A stretch of DNA of 644 nt from a phage. The notes under the pieces are model-generated. The model was given only the letters and a program-made list of their open reading frames with translations. It ran no database searches and had not been told where the DNA came from. Positions 1 to 644 of this stretch are shown here, in pieces (position 1 is the first letter of the stretch; each line of letters begins with the position of its first letter). Location: sequence record AF056249.1; one strand, 5' to 3'. The position numbers and the translations under genes were made by a program.

Positions 1-277
1 TACCTGCAACATCATTACCCATTGCNTNAACAGATCTAGAAATCCANCAAATCCAATTTCTANTNNATCNGTTNACNTCAANAAGTTGGATAACCAGGTA
101 ATCNAGCTNATCACCAANACCANCAANGGGATTTAGTGATGCCANCCANACCCCNACTAGCNTGCANNNNAATAAAACTTTTTNCTTCCCTGTCTGCTGC
201 CCTCTCAATGGAATATAAAATNTTGGGGCANNNNACCTAACTGNNCATTTGTCAGTTCGGAAACACAGCAGCANNNN
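1..277 (-). CDS. Open reading-frame segment in a third minus-strand frame, running off the window edge at position 1; unverified
   Basis: Hand translation finds no unambiguous stop between the TAG at 278-280 (reverse complement) and position 2, about 92 codons. At least seven codons contain n and could be stops (e.g. 245-247 TGN, 182-184 NAA, 107-109 NAG, 68-70 NGA, 47-49 TGN). All three plus-strand frames have unambiguous stops within the first ~140 nt (TAG 37-39, TAA 99-101, TAG 134-136), which weakly favours the minus strand here. Confidence 0.12.
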
Positions 278-377
278 CTAANGCATCAGATACGTTTTCA
301 ATAGACTTTGCAATACGGGTTGCCCCCTTCTGTTTAACNTCTATCAATAATTCNCGNATNAGCTNATCANTCANAAT
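252..377 (-). CDS. Open reading-frame segment in a second minus-strand frame, possibly continuous with the 367-606 ORF through a base-calling indel; unverified
   Basis: Hand translation of the reverse complement gives ...RELLI[D/E]VKQKGATRIAKSIENVSDAL(XX)AAVFPN followed by TGA (reverse complement of 252-254). The segment is bounded upstream by TAA (reverse complement of 378-380). It holds the longest run of unambiguous codons in the window (about 285-338). No recognisable domain. Confidence 0.12.
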   Translation of the reverse strand: MXXDXXXXELLIXVKQKGATRIAKSIENVSDXLXXAAVFPN

Positions 378-606
378 TTATNNTTCCCAANAAAAAAGNT
401 CTGGGCAAATCACCAGAACCAACCNCANCGTGGAACGNCCAGGGGAAGAAANNNGGGAGGGGNGCCAAATCTAGCATGTGGCTNAACGTTAGAATCNTNC
501 CNTNTGCGGGNTATCTTCTCACACTNNACTTCACATCTACANTNAACATCAATATATNGANNATGTTNGAANAAANCNTGNCNATGGATCNNTATCCCNA
601 ATTCAA
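367..606 (-). CDS. Hypothetical protein fragment (the ORF from the supplied track); unverified
   Basis: Supplied six-frame track: 79 aa plus TGA stop at 367-369. The start is TTG (reverse complement of 604-606), not ATG. 31 of 79 residues are X, and several of those codons (e.g. TAN at 592-594, TNG at 598-600) could be stops. The unambiguous stretches (SHMLDL, FFPW, VGSGDLPR) match no family I recognise. Confidence 0.15.
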   Translation of the reverse strand: MNXGXXSXXXXXXNXXXILMXXVDVKXSVRRXPAXXXILTXSHMLDLXPLXXFFPWXFHXXVGSGDLPRXFXLGXINXX

Positions 607-644
607 TTAAAACNAACNNCCGNGGGTCGATAAAAAAGAATTNC

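Noticed and set aside
32-40. Overlapping BglII (AGATCT, 32-37) and XbaI (TCTAGA, 35-40) recognition sequences, which could suggest a polylinker or cloning junction
   Set aside because: No flanking sequence resembles a vector backbone or primer site that I recognise, and 6-bp palindromes like these occur by chance. The region also sits inside an open minus-strand frame.
40-57. Short tandem duplication of aaatcca (period about 9 nt)
   Set aside because: Only two copies, separated by an ambiguous base; too short to call a repeat element, and consistent with chance or a duplicated tryptophan-isoleucine codon pair in the minus-strand frame.
171-176. AATAAA hexamer resembling a eukaryotic polyadenylation signal
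   Set aside because: No poly(A) tract or GU/U-rich element follows within the expected 10-30 nt, and the hexamer is common by chance in AT-rich sequence.
185-207. Pyrimidine-rich tract (cttccctgtctgctgccctctc) resembling a polypyrimidine tract upstream of a 3' splice site
   Set aside because: No AG acceptor dinucleotide immediately follows, and without knowing whether the source is eukaryotic this cannot be supported.
441-466. Purine-rich and G-rich tract (ccaggggaagaaannngggaggggngcc) that might form a G-quadruplex or act as a ribosome-binding site
   Set aside because: Only three G-runs are unambiguous, and n positions interrupt the tract. It also lies inside the putative minus-strand ORF, where it simply encodes the proline/phenylalanine-rich PL..FFPW stretch.
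464-482. Possible hairpin (gcca ... tggc) that might be a terminator
   Set aside because: The stem is only 4 bp with an 11-nt loop and no following T-run, so it is not a credible intrinsic terminator.
1-644. Signatures of a defence system, CRISPR array, integron, or transposon
   Set aside because: There is no repeat-spacer periodicity, no terminal inverted repeats, and no recognisable integrase, transposase or nuclease motif in any hand-translated frame. The window is too short and too ambiguous to support any such call.

Overview
This 644-nt window is a poor-quality read: by hand count about 80 positions (roughly 12-13%) are ambiguous 'n', including nnnn runs at 167-170, 231-234 and 274-277 and nnn at 452-454. 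I cannot support any rRNA, tRNA, CRISPR array, mobile-element terminus, promoter or terminator here. The only content I can support is weak, fragmentary protein-coding potential, somewhat better on the minus strand, where three open segments in three different frames tile most of the window. Because n-containing codons hide stop codons in every frame, all ORF calls are soft, and none of the translated peptides is recognisable to me. I see no sequence-level evidence for a novel biological system; any such claim would need a clean resequenced version and flanking context.
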